Shown here: piece after piece, positions 34,506 to 48,096 of the stretch
Numbering within the stretch: the first letter of the stretch is position 1
Layout: each line of letters starts with the position of its first letter
Origin: Squalus acanthias
Lineage: Eukaryota
Reading direction: 5' to 3'
Assembly (NCBI GenBank): GCA_030390025.1
Contig: CM059432.1
Coordinates: forward strand, 103,418,001-103,482,000
Length of the DNA stretch: 64,000 bases
Program-made: the position numbers and the translations under genes
The notes under the pieces: model-generated
Told to the model about the DNA's origin: nothing
The model's database searches: none
Seen by the model: the letters and a program-made list of their open reading frames with translations, nothing else

Positions 34506-36664
34506 AAAAGAGTTAAAAATAAGCATTCACTAGAATAATTTTAGTGTTACAAGTTTCAGCAGACACCAAAATCTGTTTATTAAAAAAATTATTTTCTTCA
34601 ATTAACTCCTCCATGCTTCACAAAGTATTTGTGCTATTACTTGTGGAGGGTGGGGGGGGGGAAATACTCTCCAATCTCCAATTTAAATTATTTCACCGAG
34701 TATTTCAACTTCAGGAAAACAACCCACTAAAAAATTTTAAGTCCTATATTATCGCTGGTGTATAAGATGGATATGACAAATCAGTAGCGAGTCAAATCCT
34801 GTCTAACCTATTAAACAGGATCTCTATAGTGTTCAGCTATATACAGCACTCTATGGAAAGCCATACACTTAACCTTTTATAGGGACCAGTATCCTGGAGT
34901 GGTACTAAACGGTCAATAAGCTGAACAAAAATAAGAAAGAATACCTTACAGACAAAGCAGTCACAGAGACAGTCTAGAGTGTCAGAACCGGTGTGCGGCA
35001 GCTTTCATGAGTGCTTAGTTGCACTGTGACAGATAGCTTGCCTACCTCTGGAAAATCTGCTTACTGTCACCATCTGTCAACAGCATCCTTCTTCAGGCAG
35101 TGCTAATGGTGGCTGCTGTGGATTCTGCTGTATGCAGGCTCAGTCGTGACTGCACTAATTAGACTTTTGAAAAGCTGCTGATCTGTTCCTGCCACACAAC
35201 CTTCGGTTGTCACATATCATAAAGTGTTGAATCTTACTTACGAGAGGTTTACAAAAATAACCAGTTTAAACCAGAATATGGACAGCAGAGGAATAATAAA
35301 TGTGGGCCTCCAGGCAACAGCGAAGTTCTAACCTGCATCAACACCTACTGCAGTCCTTCAGAGAATATGGAAGTGCTTGTAAAATTAATAGGGTTTTGAC
35401 TGCTCTAGCACCTTGAAACTGGGAGTTTATTGCAGTTGAAGGTCTGAACATCATAAGATTATCTATTACACACATTTCAGTCCAAGACGATTAATCGGCA
35501 AAACCAACCAGTGAAACCTGTTTGTGTTTTTTCCAAGCAATTGTGTGCATAATTAAATTTTCTGTAGAAATTATTTCACTGTTTATAGACAGAACTCAAA
35601 GCAATTTTGAAGGGACCAAAATTTTAAACATAACAAAAAGGGACCCAGGAGCAGCTTGTTGACTGTATCAGGAAACTTCACTTAATACTTTTGGTAAAAC
35701 TTTATTATTCAAGTTTAGATGTAAATGACCTCATTTCTGTCTGAAATAGCTTTCATGGGAGATACAGAAAGAATGTGTAGGTGTGATAAAAAAAAGAAAT
35801 AAACATCACAAAATTACATGCATGATGAAAATCAGGAGCATGTCCCAGTTGCTTTAAAGGCAGAGGCAGTGGTTCCTTTTGCATTCCTCGGGATTCGGAT
35901 CTTTTTACTGGGATATATCATTGAATAATATTATAAGATTTGAAAACCCCCAAAAAACTGTAAAAGCTATGATTAATTTCCAGATTGCTCAATTTTTTTT
36001 AAGCTCCTGGAAACACTGCCTCTGCACTGAAACAAGACTGTATTTCATTATAAGACTGATGTATGATGCTACTGGAAAATGCAATAAACAAAGTCAACAG
36101 TAAACAGCGATTCCAACATCACTTGATAAGAACCATCAACTTTCAAACTGTTTCACTTGAAACATAATATTGAAAAGCAATTAACAAATGTGCATATAGT
36201 CTTTTCAAGCTTAACAATATGAATTAAGAGCTTTGATAGATAACACAAGGTACATTAATATTCATTAAGTGGAATGCATAGTGCTACCCTCTTTTCCCCC
36301 TATTTAAGCATGAAAATACGTTCAGCTACTTTTCATCCATACTTTGCATTAGCAACAACCATAATTATTTCATGTTGGTATTCAGGGCTACTATGTGAAA
36401 GAAAAAAAATTATAATGAAATAGAAATAGGTGCTTCATTACTTCTTTTGCTACATTTGCACATGTAAACAGCTAGAAAAGAATCAGTATTCTGACTCTAA
36501 AGCATAATGCAATATTTTTGTTGCATACTTTATAGAAAAAAATTATACAATGTGTCAGGCACCATCATTTTCAAATGTTTTACATTTACTCTTTTTTAGA
36601 AAAATAATATTCTGATTGTTCTCCCAAATTCTAAAATGCAACATGTACTCATTGTGTTACAGTA

Positions 36665-37729
36665 CTAAAAGTTCTCTTCTTTAGGTTTGCAATTTTTATC
36701 AGATTGCACATTTCTATGCAGGCCCCTCTGAATGTGTGTCATAAAGTCATACTTGTCTGTACAGAAATGCTGGCATATGCTACACTGGAAAGGTCCGCTT
36801 TCACCATGGCAACTCATATGCAATGCATACATTACTTCATCCATAAAGAGAATGCTGCAATGAACACACTTCGTCAGTGATTCATCTTGAGTGCCTCGGT
36901 CAACTTTGTCCGGAGTTTTTACCACATTTTCTACGCTCTCCTCCATCGTAGTTACCGATGCATTAACATTGTCCTTTGCGGCACCATTTGCAGTTGGTCC
37001 TGATCTGGAATGCTTTGTTGCCAGATCCAAAGGAATGTCATTATCAGATCCAAGGGATGAGAAAGTTGGAGGCAGGTTAAAGGCAGGATAAGGCACGAAG
37101 TTTTGGCAAGGATTTGGTAGGCCAGACACATGGTAGTGTGGATTCCCAGCGACAGACAATTTATACTTACTCCAGAACCTCAGCCAATCAGCTTCATTTT
37201 GTAAATCACTATGCACAAACTGAAATCCAAACAGAGGATACTGGTACTTTTCAATAGGGCTTCCTGGAGGAGAGTAATTTGGGTGCTTTGTAGGTCTAAG
37301 GTATTTTTCAATAGGACTCCCTCGTTCTGAACTTCCTTTTCCTTCTGATACAGGCAAACAATTTCCTGGGTCTACACAGCTTTCCTGAGGGCTCTTTACT
37401 TGAACGTGCAGAGGCTGCATTCTTCTGTGAAGGTCTCCAGTCTGGCCAACCACCAATGTAGACTGGCCCTGATGTGGCTTACTCACTGAACCGTAGAGAT
37501 CAAGTTTGCTCAGATTAGACTGCTGCTGCTCCCGGTGCTGACTCTCTGAAGAATGCTCCTCCGATTTCCTTTCTAGTGAGCTGTCATTCAGTTGCTCCTC
37601 GTTGCTTACTCTCTGCTGTTTGTTGACCTGATCTGTCTGGAGTACGTCAGGGTTAAGTCGCTTTCTTGTCCGCCTTCGAATAATCTGCTCCCCATTACTT
37701 TGCTTTATAATATTTAAAGGCCTTGGAGT
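36665..37729 (-). CDS. TRPS1: TRPS1 last coding exon (354 aa plus stop)
   Basis: Acceptor cttgtttccAG, then [27 protein letters not shown] (NLS), GSPIEKY twice, [19 protein letters not shown] (CtBP motif), and two Ikaros-type C2H2 fingers. TAG at 36665-36667. The frame is open throughout; the ORF track shows only 36665-37486. Confidence 0.97.
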   Translation of the reverse strand, partial: TPRPLNIIKQSNGEQIIRRRTRKRLNPDVLQTDQVNKQQRVSNEEQLNDSSLERKSEEHSSESQHREQQQSNLSKLDLYGSVSKPHQGQSTLVVGQTGDLHRRMQPLHVQVKSPQESCVDPGNCLPVSEGKGSSERGSPIEKYLRPTKHPNYSPPGSPIEKYQYPLFGFQFVHSDLQNEADWLRFWSKYKLSVAGNPHYHVSGLPNPCQNFVPYPAFNLPPTFSSLGSDNDIPLDLATKHSRSGPTANGAAKDNVNASVTTMEESVENVVKTPDKVDRGTQDESLTKCVHCSILFMDEVMYALHMSCHGESGPFQCSICQHFCTDKYDFMTHIQRGLHRNVQSDKNCKPKEENF

Positions 37730-38682
37730 CTGGAAACAAGCAAAAACAGGCAGATCTTAACTTACACTTGCACAACTCATGCTATTTTTCATTAAATTGT
37801 AACTGTGTACAGACTAATTGACCATGAGGACTGAATTCGGTTTATTTGCAAGTCGTCAGTTTGTGGGGGGGGGGGGGCACACGAGTTCATTAATGCCCAA
37901 AAACAAGGGAATTATACATTTATATAATTGTTCCCAAACATGTTGTTTTGTATAACAAATAGTATAAGTTTATACTTGCTCCTGTTTGTTAAAAAAAATT
38001 GCATCAGCGTGAGGTAACCAGACAGGAAAATAGATGGATTTGTAACATGAAGAAAGGATGTGCAAGGTCAGAACTAGAATTCTGATGTAATAGAATACAG
38101 ATTAGGAAGATACAGTTTAATTATCTGCTTTTCTGATGAAAAAAATCAATAGCCTACATTACTGAAGGTGTAGCATTAAAGTTGTATTTTCACCCATGGC
38201 TCATTTTGTGACTGTGTAACTGTGAGCACTCCAGTCTACTGTGGTAAAGAACATGCTTTAAACTTCACTGCAAACAGCTGTCTATACAACGGCTGCAGAT
38301 GCAGCAAATGCATATTCAATTAGGGGGACAGCTGTCTACAGAGAAATGGACAATATAGACTTTACAAATGCAGAATTATTGGGTGAAACATCCCGCACGA
38401 ACAGTGAGTCTACTGTACCAGTGTCGGCAGCAGTATTTATTATAGTGTGACAATGACAGCTGCAAAGTCTACAACCAGCATATGCATTAGATGGTGTGTG
38501 CAGCAGGACCATCAAATCAAAGGAAAAGCCTACTCCTTCCCTCCTCCCCCACTACGGATAAATGGTGGGGGGGAGTCCAGGTCACTGAAGGATTGCCCTC
38601 ACGGCTACCCTATTTACTGCTGCTTCCTGGAAGATGGTGGTAGGTTTGAAGAAGCGGTGGTAAAGGCCCCAATGAGAGTTAT

Positions 38683-39455
38683 CATAGAAACATAGAAGAT
38701 AGGAGCAGGAGTAGGCCATTCGGCCCTCGAGCCTGCTCCGCCATTCAATGCGATCATGGCTGATCATCCAAATTCAGTACCCTGTCCCTGCTTTCTCCCC
38801 ATATCCCTTTAGCCTTAAGAAATATATCTAACTCCTTCTTGAATATATTTAATGAATTGGCCTCTACTGCCTTCTGTGGCAGAGAATTCCACAGGTTCAC
38901 CACTCTCTGGGTGAAGAAATTCCTCCTCATCTCAGTCCTAAATGGCTTACCCCTTATCCTTAGACTGTGACCCCTGGTTCTGGACTCCCCGACCATCGGG
39001 AACATCCTTCCTGCATCGAGTTTGTCCTGTCCTGTCAGAATTTTATAAGTTTCATTGAGATCCCCTCTCATTCTTCTAAACTCCAGCGAGTATAAGCCCA
39101 ATCAACCCAATCTCTCTTCATATGTCATTCCTGCCATCCCAGGTATCAGCCTTGTGAATCTTCGCTGAACTCCTTCCATGGCAAGAACATCCTTCCTTAG
39201 ATAAGGCGACCAAAACTGCACACAGTACTCAAGGTGTGGTCTCACCAAGGCCCTGTACAACTGCAGCAAGACATCCTTGTTCCTGTACTCAAACCCTCTC
39301 GCTATGAAGGCCAACATGCCATTTGCCTTCTTAACCGCCTGCTGCACCTGCATGCTTACCATCAGCGACTGGTGCACAAGGACACCCAGGTCTCGTTGCA
39401 CTGCCCCTTTTCCCAATCTATTGCCATTCAGATAATAATCTGGCTTTCTGTTTTT
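38683..39455 (-). mobile_element. Young CR1 3' fragment
   Basis: ORFs 38754-39101 and 39102-39467, tail catagaaacatagaa. Confidence 0.92.
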
Positions 39456-39842
39456 GCCGCCCGGCACCTCGCCTTTAAATAGCGCCGCCCCAGCCGCAGG
39501 TAGGCCCCCCTGACCCTGTCCAATGGCAACTTTGAAAGATGCAGATTCGGGCAGTTCTTTGTCTGGAGGGGGACCTTGCTGGGGCTCCTGTGCTGGGTCA
39601 AAACAGAATAGTGTTGCTCTGGCTTTCTCAGCTTTCTGTTGGGCTGGGCACTAGTAATGCACCCTTAGAGGTGCCAATGGCTTGCCGAAGTATGGTAATG
39701 GACCCGATCCCCGGAGTGGGGCCTAGGGCTACTCGCATGGAGGGGTGGTCCGCTCTGTTGCTCTTCCACCGGTGGAACGTCTATCCCTGAGGAATTACAG
39801 GGCCTATATTCTTATACGTGCTGAAGATGGAGAGCATATATT

Positions 39843-40303
39843 CAGCTGTGGCTCAGTGGGTAGCACACTCGCCTCTCAGTCAAAAGGTTGTGGGTTCGAG
39901 TCCCACTCCAGGGGCTTGAGCACATAAAGCTAGGCTGACACTCCAGTGCAGTGCTGAGGGAGTGCTGCACTGTTGGAGGTGCAGTCTTTCGGATGAGACA
40001 TTAAACCGAGGTCCAGTCTGCCCTCTCAGGTGGATGCAAAAGATCCCATGGCACTATTTCGAAGAGCAGGGGAGTTAACCCCGGTGTCCTGGCCAATATT
40101 TCTCCCTCAACTAACAAAAACAAATTATCTGGTCATTATCACATTGCTGTTTGTGGGACCTTGCTGAGCACAAATTAGCTGCTGCGTTTCCCACATTACA
40201 ACAGTGACTACACTCCAAAAGTACTTAATTGACTGTAAAACGCTTTGAGATGTCCAGTGGTCATGAAAGGCGCTATATAAATGCAAGTCTTTCTTTTTCT
40301 TTT
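39843..40303 (+). mobile_element. Full-length tRNA-headed Deu-domain SINE (SacSINE1-like)
   Basis: A-box TGGCTCAGTGG (39849), B-box GGTTCGAGTCC (39893), central ggatgagacattaaaccgagg...aaagatcccatggcactattt...ggtgtcctggccaa, and an L2-like tail. Confidence 0.88.
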
Positions 40304-40527
40304 TCATCAGCAATGGTGGCTGTTAATGATTTTGGAACTTTACACTAGATATTTATCCTGGGTTCAGAAGCATTAGCCATTCTTGTAAGTGGACCTCATG
40401 GCCCCTACAAACTGGAGTGTGCTTTTACCCCCAAATATCTAGGTAAATGTAGCTAGACCTAGGAGAATGCTTGTCACTGTACTCCAGGCAACTCGATATG
40501 TCACATGCCACCAAGGGTCCAGCAAGA

Positions 40528-42018
40528 ATGAGGAACTGAAAGAAATTAGTAAAAAAAAGTACTGGAGAAATTAATGGAACGGAAAGCCGATAAATCCCCT
40601 GGACCAGATGGCCTACATCCTAGGGATTTGAAATAGGTGGCTATAGAGATAGTGGATGCATTGGTCATTTTCCAAAATTCCATGGATTCTAGAACGGTTC
40701 CCGCGGATTGGAAGGTAGCAAATGTAACCCCACGATTTAAGGAAGGAGGGAGAGAGGAAAAGGGGAACTACAGACCAGTTAGCCTGACATAAATAGTAGG
40801 GAAAATGCTAGAATCTATTATTAAGGACTTGGCAACAGGGCACTTAGAAAATAATAATAGGATTGTGCAGAGTCAACACGGATTTATGAAAGGGAAATCG
40901 TGTTTGACGAATCTACTAGCATGGACTGAGGATTGGTTAACGGACAGAAAAGAGAGTAGGAATAAACGGGTGATTTTCAGGTTGGCAGGCTGTAACTAGT
41001 GGGGTACAATGATCAGTGCTTGGGCCTCAGCTATTCACAATCAACATCAATGATTTGGATGAGGGGGCCCAAATGTTATATATCCAAGTTTGCTGATGAT
41101 ACAAAGCTGGATGGGAATGTAAGTTGCGAGGAGGATGAAAGGAGGCTTCAAGGGGATATAGACAGGCTCAGTGAGTGGGCAAGAACATGGCAAATGGAAT
41201 ATGTGAAGAAATGTGAAGTTATCCACATTGGTTGGAAAAATAGAAAAGCAGAGTATTTTTTAAATGGTGAGAGTTTGGAAAATGTTGGTGTTCAGAGGGA
41301 ACTGGGTGTCCTTGTACACGAATCACTGAAAGTTAACATGCAGGTACAGCAAGCAATTAGGAAAGCAAATGGTATGTTGGCCTTTATTACAAGAGAATTT
41401 GAGTATAAGAGTAAAGATGTCTTACTGCAATTATATAGGGCCCCGGTGAGACCACACCTGGAGTATTGTGTACAGTTTTGGTCTCCTTATCTAAGGAAGG
41501 ATATACTTGCCATAGAGGGAGTGCAACAAAGGTTCACCAGACTGATTCCTGGGATGGGGGGATTGTCCTATGAGGAGAGATTGAGTAGACTAGGCCTATA
41601 TTCTCTGGAGTTTAGAAGAATGAGAGGTGATCTCATTGAAACATACAAAATTCTTACAGGGCTTGACAGGGTAGATGCAGGGAGGATGTTTTCCCTGGCT
41701 GGGGAGTCTAGAATCAGGGGTCACAGTCTCAGAATAAAGGGTTGGCCATTTAGGACTGAAATGAGGAGAAATTTCTTCACTTAGAGGATGGTGAATCTTT
41801 GGAATTCTCTACCCCACAGAGCTGTGGAGGTTCAGTCGTTGATTATATTCAAGACAGAGATCGATAGATTTTTGAATATTAAGGGAATCAAGGGATATGG
41901 GAATAGTGCAGGAAAGTGGAGATGAGGTAGATGATCAGCCATGATCTTGTTGAATGGCGGAGCAGGCTCGAAGGGCCAAATGGCCTACTCCTGCTCCTAG
42001 TTCTTATGTTCTTATGTT
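40528..42018 (+). mobile_element. CR1 LINE RT and 3' fragment with internal deletion
   Basis: ORFs 40805-40999 and 40999-41784. The sequence jumps from SCLTNLL to AWTEDWL, skipping the DFQKAFD block. Confidence 0.92.
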
Positions 42019-42644
42019 CACTCAATGATCTGTGAGATGGGACCCCATCCAAGGGCAATGGTAGCAATCAAACAATACATATCAAGACCTTTCTGAACTA
42101 TGCATTCCGTCTCCCTTGCCTTGAGGTGTGTACATCAGCTAAGTATTTTCTGTGGCCTTCAGAAACAGCTAGCAGTAACCAATTTTACCTTGTGTGCGCG
42201 TGTGCTGTGACCAGCAGGAAAAGAAATCCAATAACTAATCCATCATGTGGTCCATTTTTATTGTAGGAGCAAATAATGTCTCAGCAATATCATATGACTA
42301 GTCGGTTGTTGTTTCTGCAATGAGATACTGGAATTTTAACCGAAGTTTAAGTCATTACTATCTGCTCTTGTGAACGCTTTAATAAAAAAGCCAGTAAACT
42401 TTGATCATGCAGTTTCAGGTTGTGCAGATGTCTCTGAAAGTGTGTTTCAGGACCAGCCTGGAGGGGAGGAAGTGTGCCAGGATCACCACCATCTGGTCCA
42501 ATTAGCCCATCAGCTATTTTTTTGGTTGCATATTTAATGTGGTTAATACATCCGTGAGACCTTCACTACTACTTCGTATGGCTAATGTAGATGTAGAGTA
42601 ACAGCTATAATTTTACATTTAGGTGGTTAAGCCAGATAATTGCA

Positions 42645-42798
42645 TAGGATTACTTAGGATATACGGCACAGAAACAGGCCATTTGGCCCAACCAGTCCAT
42701 GCCGGCATTTATGCTCCACTCGAGCCTCCTCCTGTCTTTCCTCATCTAAATCCATCAGCGTAACCCTCTATTCCCTTCTCCCTCATAAGCTTGTCCAA
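42645..42798 (-). mobile_element. CR1 3' tail fragment
   Basis: cataggat...ggcacagaaacaggccatttggccc resembles the other CR1 tails in the window. Confidence 0.7.
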
Positions 42799-42799
42799 G

Positions 42800-43165
42800 G
42801 GTCAGGAGTAACAGAGTGTATCGCTGTGATGCCTTCTTTGTAGTTGTGAATCAGGCATTGAGTTGTTATATGTTCCTTTGTCTGTTCTGGGTGATCACAG
42901 TCGCACACTGGAGAGTTTTTAATTCTCTATTTGTGCATCAAGTATCTGTATCTGCCATGGTTTGTGCGGATGCGGTTTAGGGTTGCCCATAAGCTTCGTG
43001 GAAGATCGAAGCCAGGGATCTTCCGCGTCGGGTCTTTCACGAGGTGTTTGTTTTTGACTTCTTGTGAACTCCATTCGACTGTCCAAGCATCATCAGAGTT
43101 GAAGTTGCATTGTCGAAGGTTAAGCACATGGGTCCAAAAGGGCTTGCGTGACTTCAAGCGGTGGT
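42800..43165 (-). mobile_element. Non-LTR retrotransposon C-terminal fragment (Vingi/ingi-like; clade tentative)
   Basis: LKSRKPFW...DPTRKIPGFDLPRSLWATLNRIRTNHGR...HK*...SPVCDCDHPEQTKEHITTQC, a C-terminal CCHC knuckle. Confidence 0.6.
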
Positions 43166-43581
43166 GAGGGGAATATATTTCATGTATATAATCTAAATCA
43201 ATATACTACGATACTTTGTATTACTAGGAACTTGGCGGGACAGGGTAGATATGTTCAAGATGGCTGTACGAGCACTGGCACTAGAGACCTAGCTGAGCTT
43301 TTTCCAAGATTTAAAAAATATATTTTACTTCCTACTCTTCCCAAAAGCATTTTATCCTCGAGAGAGCTATGTGCTAGAAGAGGCTTGGGGGAGGCAAGGC
43401 TAGGAGAGAAGCTGCTCTGAGATAACTGGGGAAAAAGCAGGTACTTGAAGATTTGTTTGTGTTTCTGAATACTGAGCAGGTTGAGTGACAGCACTGTGGG
43501 CAGATTGCCTGACAAGGAGGGTGGATAGAACACAAGGCTAATTATAATGGACTGTACCAGTGGGTTTCTCATGCTGGTGCT

Positions 43582-43583
<2 letters not shown>

Positions 43584-43617
<34 letters not shown>
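43584..43617. repeat. (AG)n microsatellite
   Basis: Directly visible. Confidence 0.95.
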
Positions 43618-43619
<2 letters not shown>

Positions 43620-45462
43620 CCAGTCAGATTATTAATTATCAATGTTACGTTATCTGCAAACCATTACACAAATGATCTGCATTCCATGAAAAGGATTTGA
43701 GAGTTTCACTTCATAGCAAAATGATAATTTGCTGCAATGAATCACTTAAATCCCTTTTACATTGTGGAACTACTCCAGTGCTGAGGCTTCAGGCTGCTGC
43801 CATTAACATTCTACAGTGGATTCAAAATGTTGGCAGCAACAGGAAGGGAACTGTGACTTCTAAGCTTCTCCCTCAATATCAGGGGAAGATTCCTCCAGGT
43901 TAGCAATGTACAAAAACGCACTGTTGACCTGCTTAGACAGGCAATCTTAATTGGCCTGCAGGATTCAGGGAGCAAATGCAGCTCGAGGTGGTTATCTGTC
44001 CTTCTGGAAGCTTGTATGCTGCCTCATTTATACCATAGCAATGCCTCCGATGGCATGGCTTGTTGTAGTGTAAAAGCCCATTCTAATTTGCAGTTAGCAT
44101 GCAAAAACTGATTAGAATATGAAAATCACTGCGAATGTCTTACTAAGTATGCTTTATCATGTGCAAAAGACAGTCACAATTAGTCTGCAATTCAGTTTTT
44201 TGTGAATAGGGTCTGTCTTGGTTGTGAAATGAAAACCAGATTTCCACTACTGATACAGTATTATCCCATGGAGAAATACATGTTTATATATCTACGAAGA
44301 ATCTATGAAGAATGTATTCGTGATTCTAACTTAATTTCGCATCATTTTGATGCTGTTATGTTTTGAAGATTATACTACTACTACTAATATAGTTCTCTTA
44401 ATAAAGCACTCTGTGTATTGGCCTGATTGAGTCTGGGCTCAGGAGGGCTCCCACTCTAAATTGCTATCCAAGGACAACTGCTGGAAAGTCATGTGTGTAG
44501 ACATCAGGTGAGAACAGGATCAGCCTCAGTTATGATCGCTCTCATGTTCAAATAGCCCACTAACACTTGGGTCTAAATATTATGCGTATGCCCTAGTCAT
44601 GGAAAACTTTGTCTGCTCCCAACGTAATTCAGAAAATCACAGGTGCATTGTCGGCAATTTTCCATCCACGGGATTCAATGGATAGAAAAATCACAGGCCT
44701 GAGACTTTGCGATATGCACTGGCAGCAGGCGAGGGTCCTCGCCGCCTGCAGATACTCCGAAAATGTAGGCCTTAGTGCCGAGGCTAACACATGAAGAACA
44801 AACACTTAGGTGAGAGGACAGAGCGCTGACAGTCTCTATAAATCATACTCCATCCAAGTGGGTGCATTCAGGGGTGGATGCAAGAAAAAGTGGGTGGCAG
44901 AATTTTCACAAGTGGTCACAAAATAGACTTTTGCTTCCTTCTATCATCTCACACCTCGAGCAGCCACCAGATATTATGCCATTGCAAACAGGTGACAACA
45001 TTTCAAACAGATAAGCAAGTTTTTTTACTGGCGTGCTTTCTTTGTAATTGCTGCATACATAGCGATCCTATATTAGATGACACTGTGTTCTATGCCCTTG
45101 TGTTTGACAAAAGGATTAATAGATAGGCCATTCATCAAACACAAGGACACAGATTACAGTGTAGCCATTTTACTGTAATGGAAATGTGGCAGTAACACCC
45201 ATAAAGAACAGCTCAGTTATTTGAAGTGTTTCGGTGTTGTTCTTCTCAAATTCAACTATCAGTTCTTCTTACTGGCAGCAACACTGAAATGCCGAGGGGA
45301 GTTCTGGTAGCTGCTAAACAAGCCAACAGGATTCCCTGAGGAAATACAGAATTGTGAGAGATCATTTTACTTGCAATTGCTTTGGGTAGGCTGGCTGACT
45401 GGCATCTGGCATGCCGTGAAGGAGAAGAAGGAGGAAGAGAATCAAGACAAGGACAAATGGGA

Positions 45463-45494
<32 letters not shown>

Positions 45495-45960
45495 ACTAAA
45501 GAGAAGTAAGCAAAACAGAGATGCATTAAGGCAAGTGAACAGTGAGATATAAATGTTTCAATCAAATTTTCCTGTACTGATGTGAGTGAGGGCACTCCAA
45601 ATATGTAATAGTTGCATTGCTTCCATCCTTTTTATTACTGTGTTTTCATATGTGTTTACTAAGGAAAATGAACAACATAATGACTGGAATTTGCGGCTGT
45701 AATGACGGCAAAACTCGTCGGCGCTCGCCAACATTACTGTGTAAAACTGACAGCAACCTCTGGAAATCTGGAAGTTGTTGTTGGTGATACCCTGCTCCTC
45801 CACAGGGTGCGTTGTTGCAGTCTTCGCAAAGGCAATCAACACAGAATCAGTGCTTTGACATGAACTTCAACATTTTATGCAATATTTTCAAACCATTGAA
45901 AATGTTAAGCCTTGTTGAATGAGGTGTAAATGAGTTTGTAACAGCGTACTAAGTCATAAC

Positions 45961-47970
45961 AGAAGAGAGGATGATGCAGACATTGTCGTTAAGGAAGAGG
46001 AGTGTGAAATATTAGATGAAATAAACATAGTGAGAGGAAATTAAGGGGTTTAGCATCTTTGAAAGTAGATAAATCGCCAGGCCCGGATGAAATGTATCCC
46101 AGGCTGTTGAGAAGCAAGAGAGAAAATAGCAGAGGCTCTGACCATCATTTTCCAATCCTCTCTGGCTATAGGTGTGGTGCTGGAGGACTGCTAATGTTGT
46201 ACCATTGTTTAAAAAGGAAGAAAGGGATAGACCGAGTAATTACAGGCAATTCAGCCTGAAAAAAATTCTGAGGGACAGTATTAACCGTCATTTAGAAAGG
46301 TATGGATTAATCAAGGCCAGTCAGCATGGATTTGACAAGGGAAGGTCATGTCTGACTAACTTGATTGAATTTTTTGAGGAGGGTCGATGAGGGTACTGCT
46401 TTTGATGTACATGGATTTTAGCAAGGCTTTTGACAAGGTCTCACATGGCAAACTGGTCAGAAAAGTAAAAGCCCATGGGATCCAAGGGAAAGTGGCAAGT
46501 TGGATCCAAAATGAGCTCAGTGGCAGGAAGCAAAGGGTAATGGTCGATGGTGTTTTTGTCACTGGAAGGCTGTTTCCAGTGGGGTTCCGCAGGGCTCAGT
46601 ACTAGATCCCTTGTTTTCTGTGGTATAGATCAATGATTTAGACTTCAATGTAGGGGGCATAATTAAGAAGTTTGCAGATGATATGAAAATTGGTTGTGTG
46701 GTTGACAGTAAGAAAGCTGTAGACTGCAGCAAGATATCAATGGACTGGTCAGGTGGGCAGATAAGTGGCAAATAGAATTCAATCTGGAGAAGTGTGAGGT
46801 AATACATTTGGGGAGGGCTAACAAGGCAAGGGAATACACAGTAAATGGTAGGATACCGAGTAGTGTAGAGGAACAGAGAGACCTGCGAGTGCATGTCCAC
46901 AGATCCCTGAAGGTAGCAGGACAGGTAGATAATGTGCTTAAGAAGGTACACAAGATACTTTCCTTTATTAGCCGAGGCATAGAATGTAAGAGCAGTGAGG
47001 TTATGCTAGAACTGTATAAAACACTAGTTAGGCCACAGCTAGAGTAATGCGTACAGTTCTGGTCACCACATTACAGGAAAGATGTGATTGCACGAGAGAG
47101 GGTACAGAGGAGATTTACGAGGATGTTGCCAGGGCTGGAAAATTTTAGCTATGAGGAAAGATTGGATAGGCTGGGGTTGTTTTCTTTGGAACAGAGGAGG
47201 CTGAGGGGAGACTTCATTGCGGTGTATAAAATTATGAGGGGCCTAGATAGTATGGATAGGAAGTATCTATTTCCCTTAGCACAGAGGCCAACAACCAGAG
47301 GGCATAGATTTAAAGTAATTGGTAGAAAGATTAGAGGGCAGTTGAAAAAGAAAAAGACTTGAATTTATATAGCGCCTTTCATGACCACCGGACGTCTCAA
47401 AACGCTTTACAGTCAATGAAATACTTTTGAAGTGGAGTCACTGTTGTAATGTGGGAAATGCGGCAGCCAATTTGCGCACAGCAAGGTCTCACAAACAGCA
47501 ATGTGATAATGACCAGATAATCTGTTTTTGTTATGTTGGTTGAGGGATAAATATTGGCCAGGACACCGGGGATAACTCCCCTACTCTTCTTTGAAATAGT
47601 GCCATGGGATCTTTTACGTCCACCTGAGAGCGCAAACGGGGCCTCAGTTTAACGTCTCATCCGAAAGACGGCACCTCCAACAGTGCAGCACTCCCTCAGC
47701 TCTGCACTGGAGTGTCAGCCTAGCTTTGTGCGCTATATTGAGGAGAAATTCTTTCACCCAGAGGGTGGTGGGGGTCTGGAACTCACTGCCTGAAAGGTGA
47801 TAGAGGCAGAAACCCTCATCGCATTTAAAAAGTACATGGATATGCACTTGAAGTGCCGTAACCTACAGGGCTACGGACAAAGAGCTGGAAAGTGGGATTA
47901 GGCTGGATAGCTCTTTTTTGGCCGGCACCGACACGATGGGCCAAATGCTGTAAATTTTTATTATTCTATA
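45961..47970 (+). mobile_element. CR1 LINE RT and 3' fragment, degenerate
   Basis: KSPGPDEMYPRLL, MDFSKAFDKV, RFTRMLPG; tail near 47930-47970. Confidence 0.9.
47346..47737 (-). mobile_element. 5'-truncated Deu-domain SINE nested in CR1
   Basis: Reverse complement of the 39843 SINE body without the tRNA head. ttga is duplicated at 47342-47345 and 47738-47741. Confidence 0.88.
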
Positions 47971-48096
47971 ATTACTGCTGAACAACCACTGGCCCTGAAA
48001 AACTAATTTTATAAGTGTGGAGTGTCATTCCTTCAAAATAACATTTAAAAATTCCATGATTCTTAAAATAATCTTCTACCTTAATCCCACGGTTTT

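Larger units (their letters stand above)
28580..36664 (-). other. TRPS1: Putative long TRPS1 3' UTR (distal end uncertain)
   Basis: Follows the stop codon and is mostly AT-rich unique sequence. Candidate minus-strand AATAAA at 28601-28606 and 29227-29232. Mammalian TRPS1 has a multi-kb 3' UTR. The extent is inferred. Confidence 0.4.

Noticed and set aside
39843..39915. tRNA gene (also 48097 and 61840-61897)
   Set aside because: The A and B boxes are SINE heads that continue directly into a repeated body and an L2-like tail.
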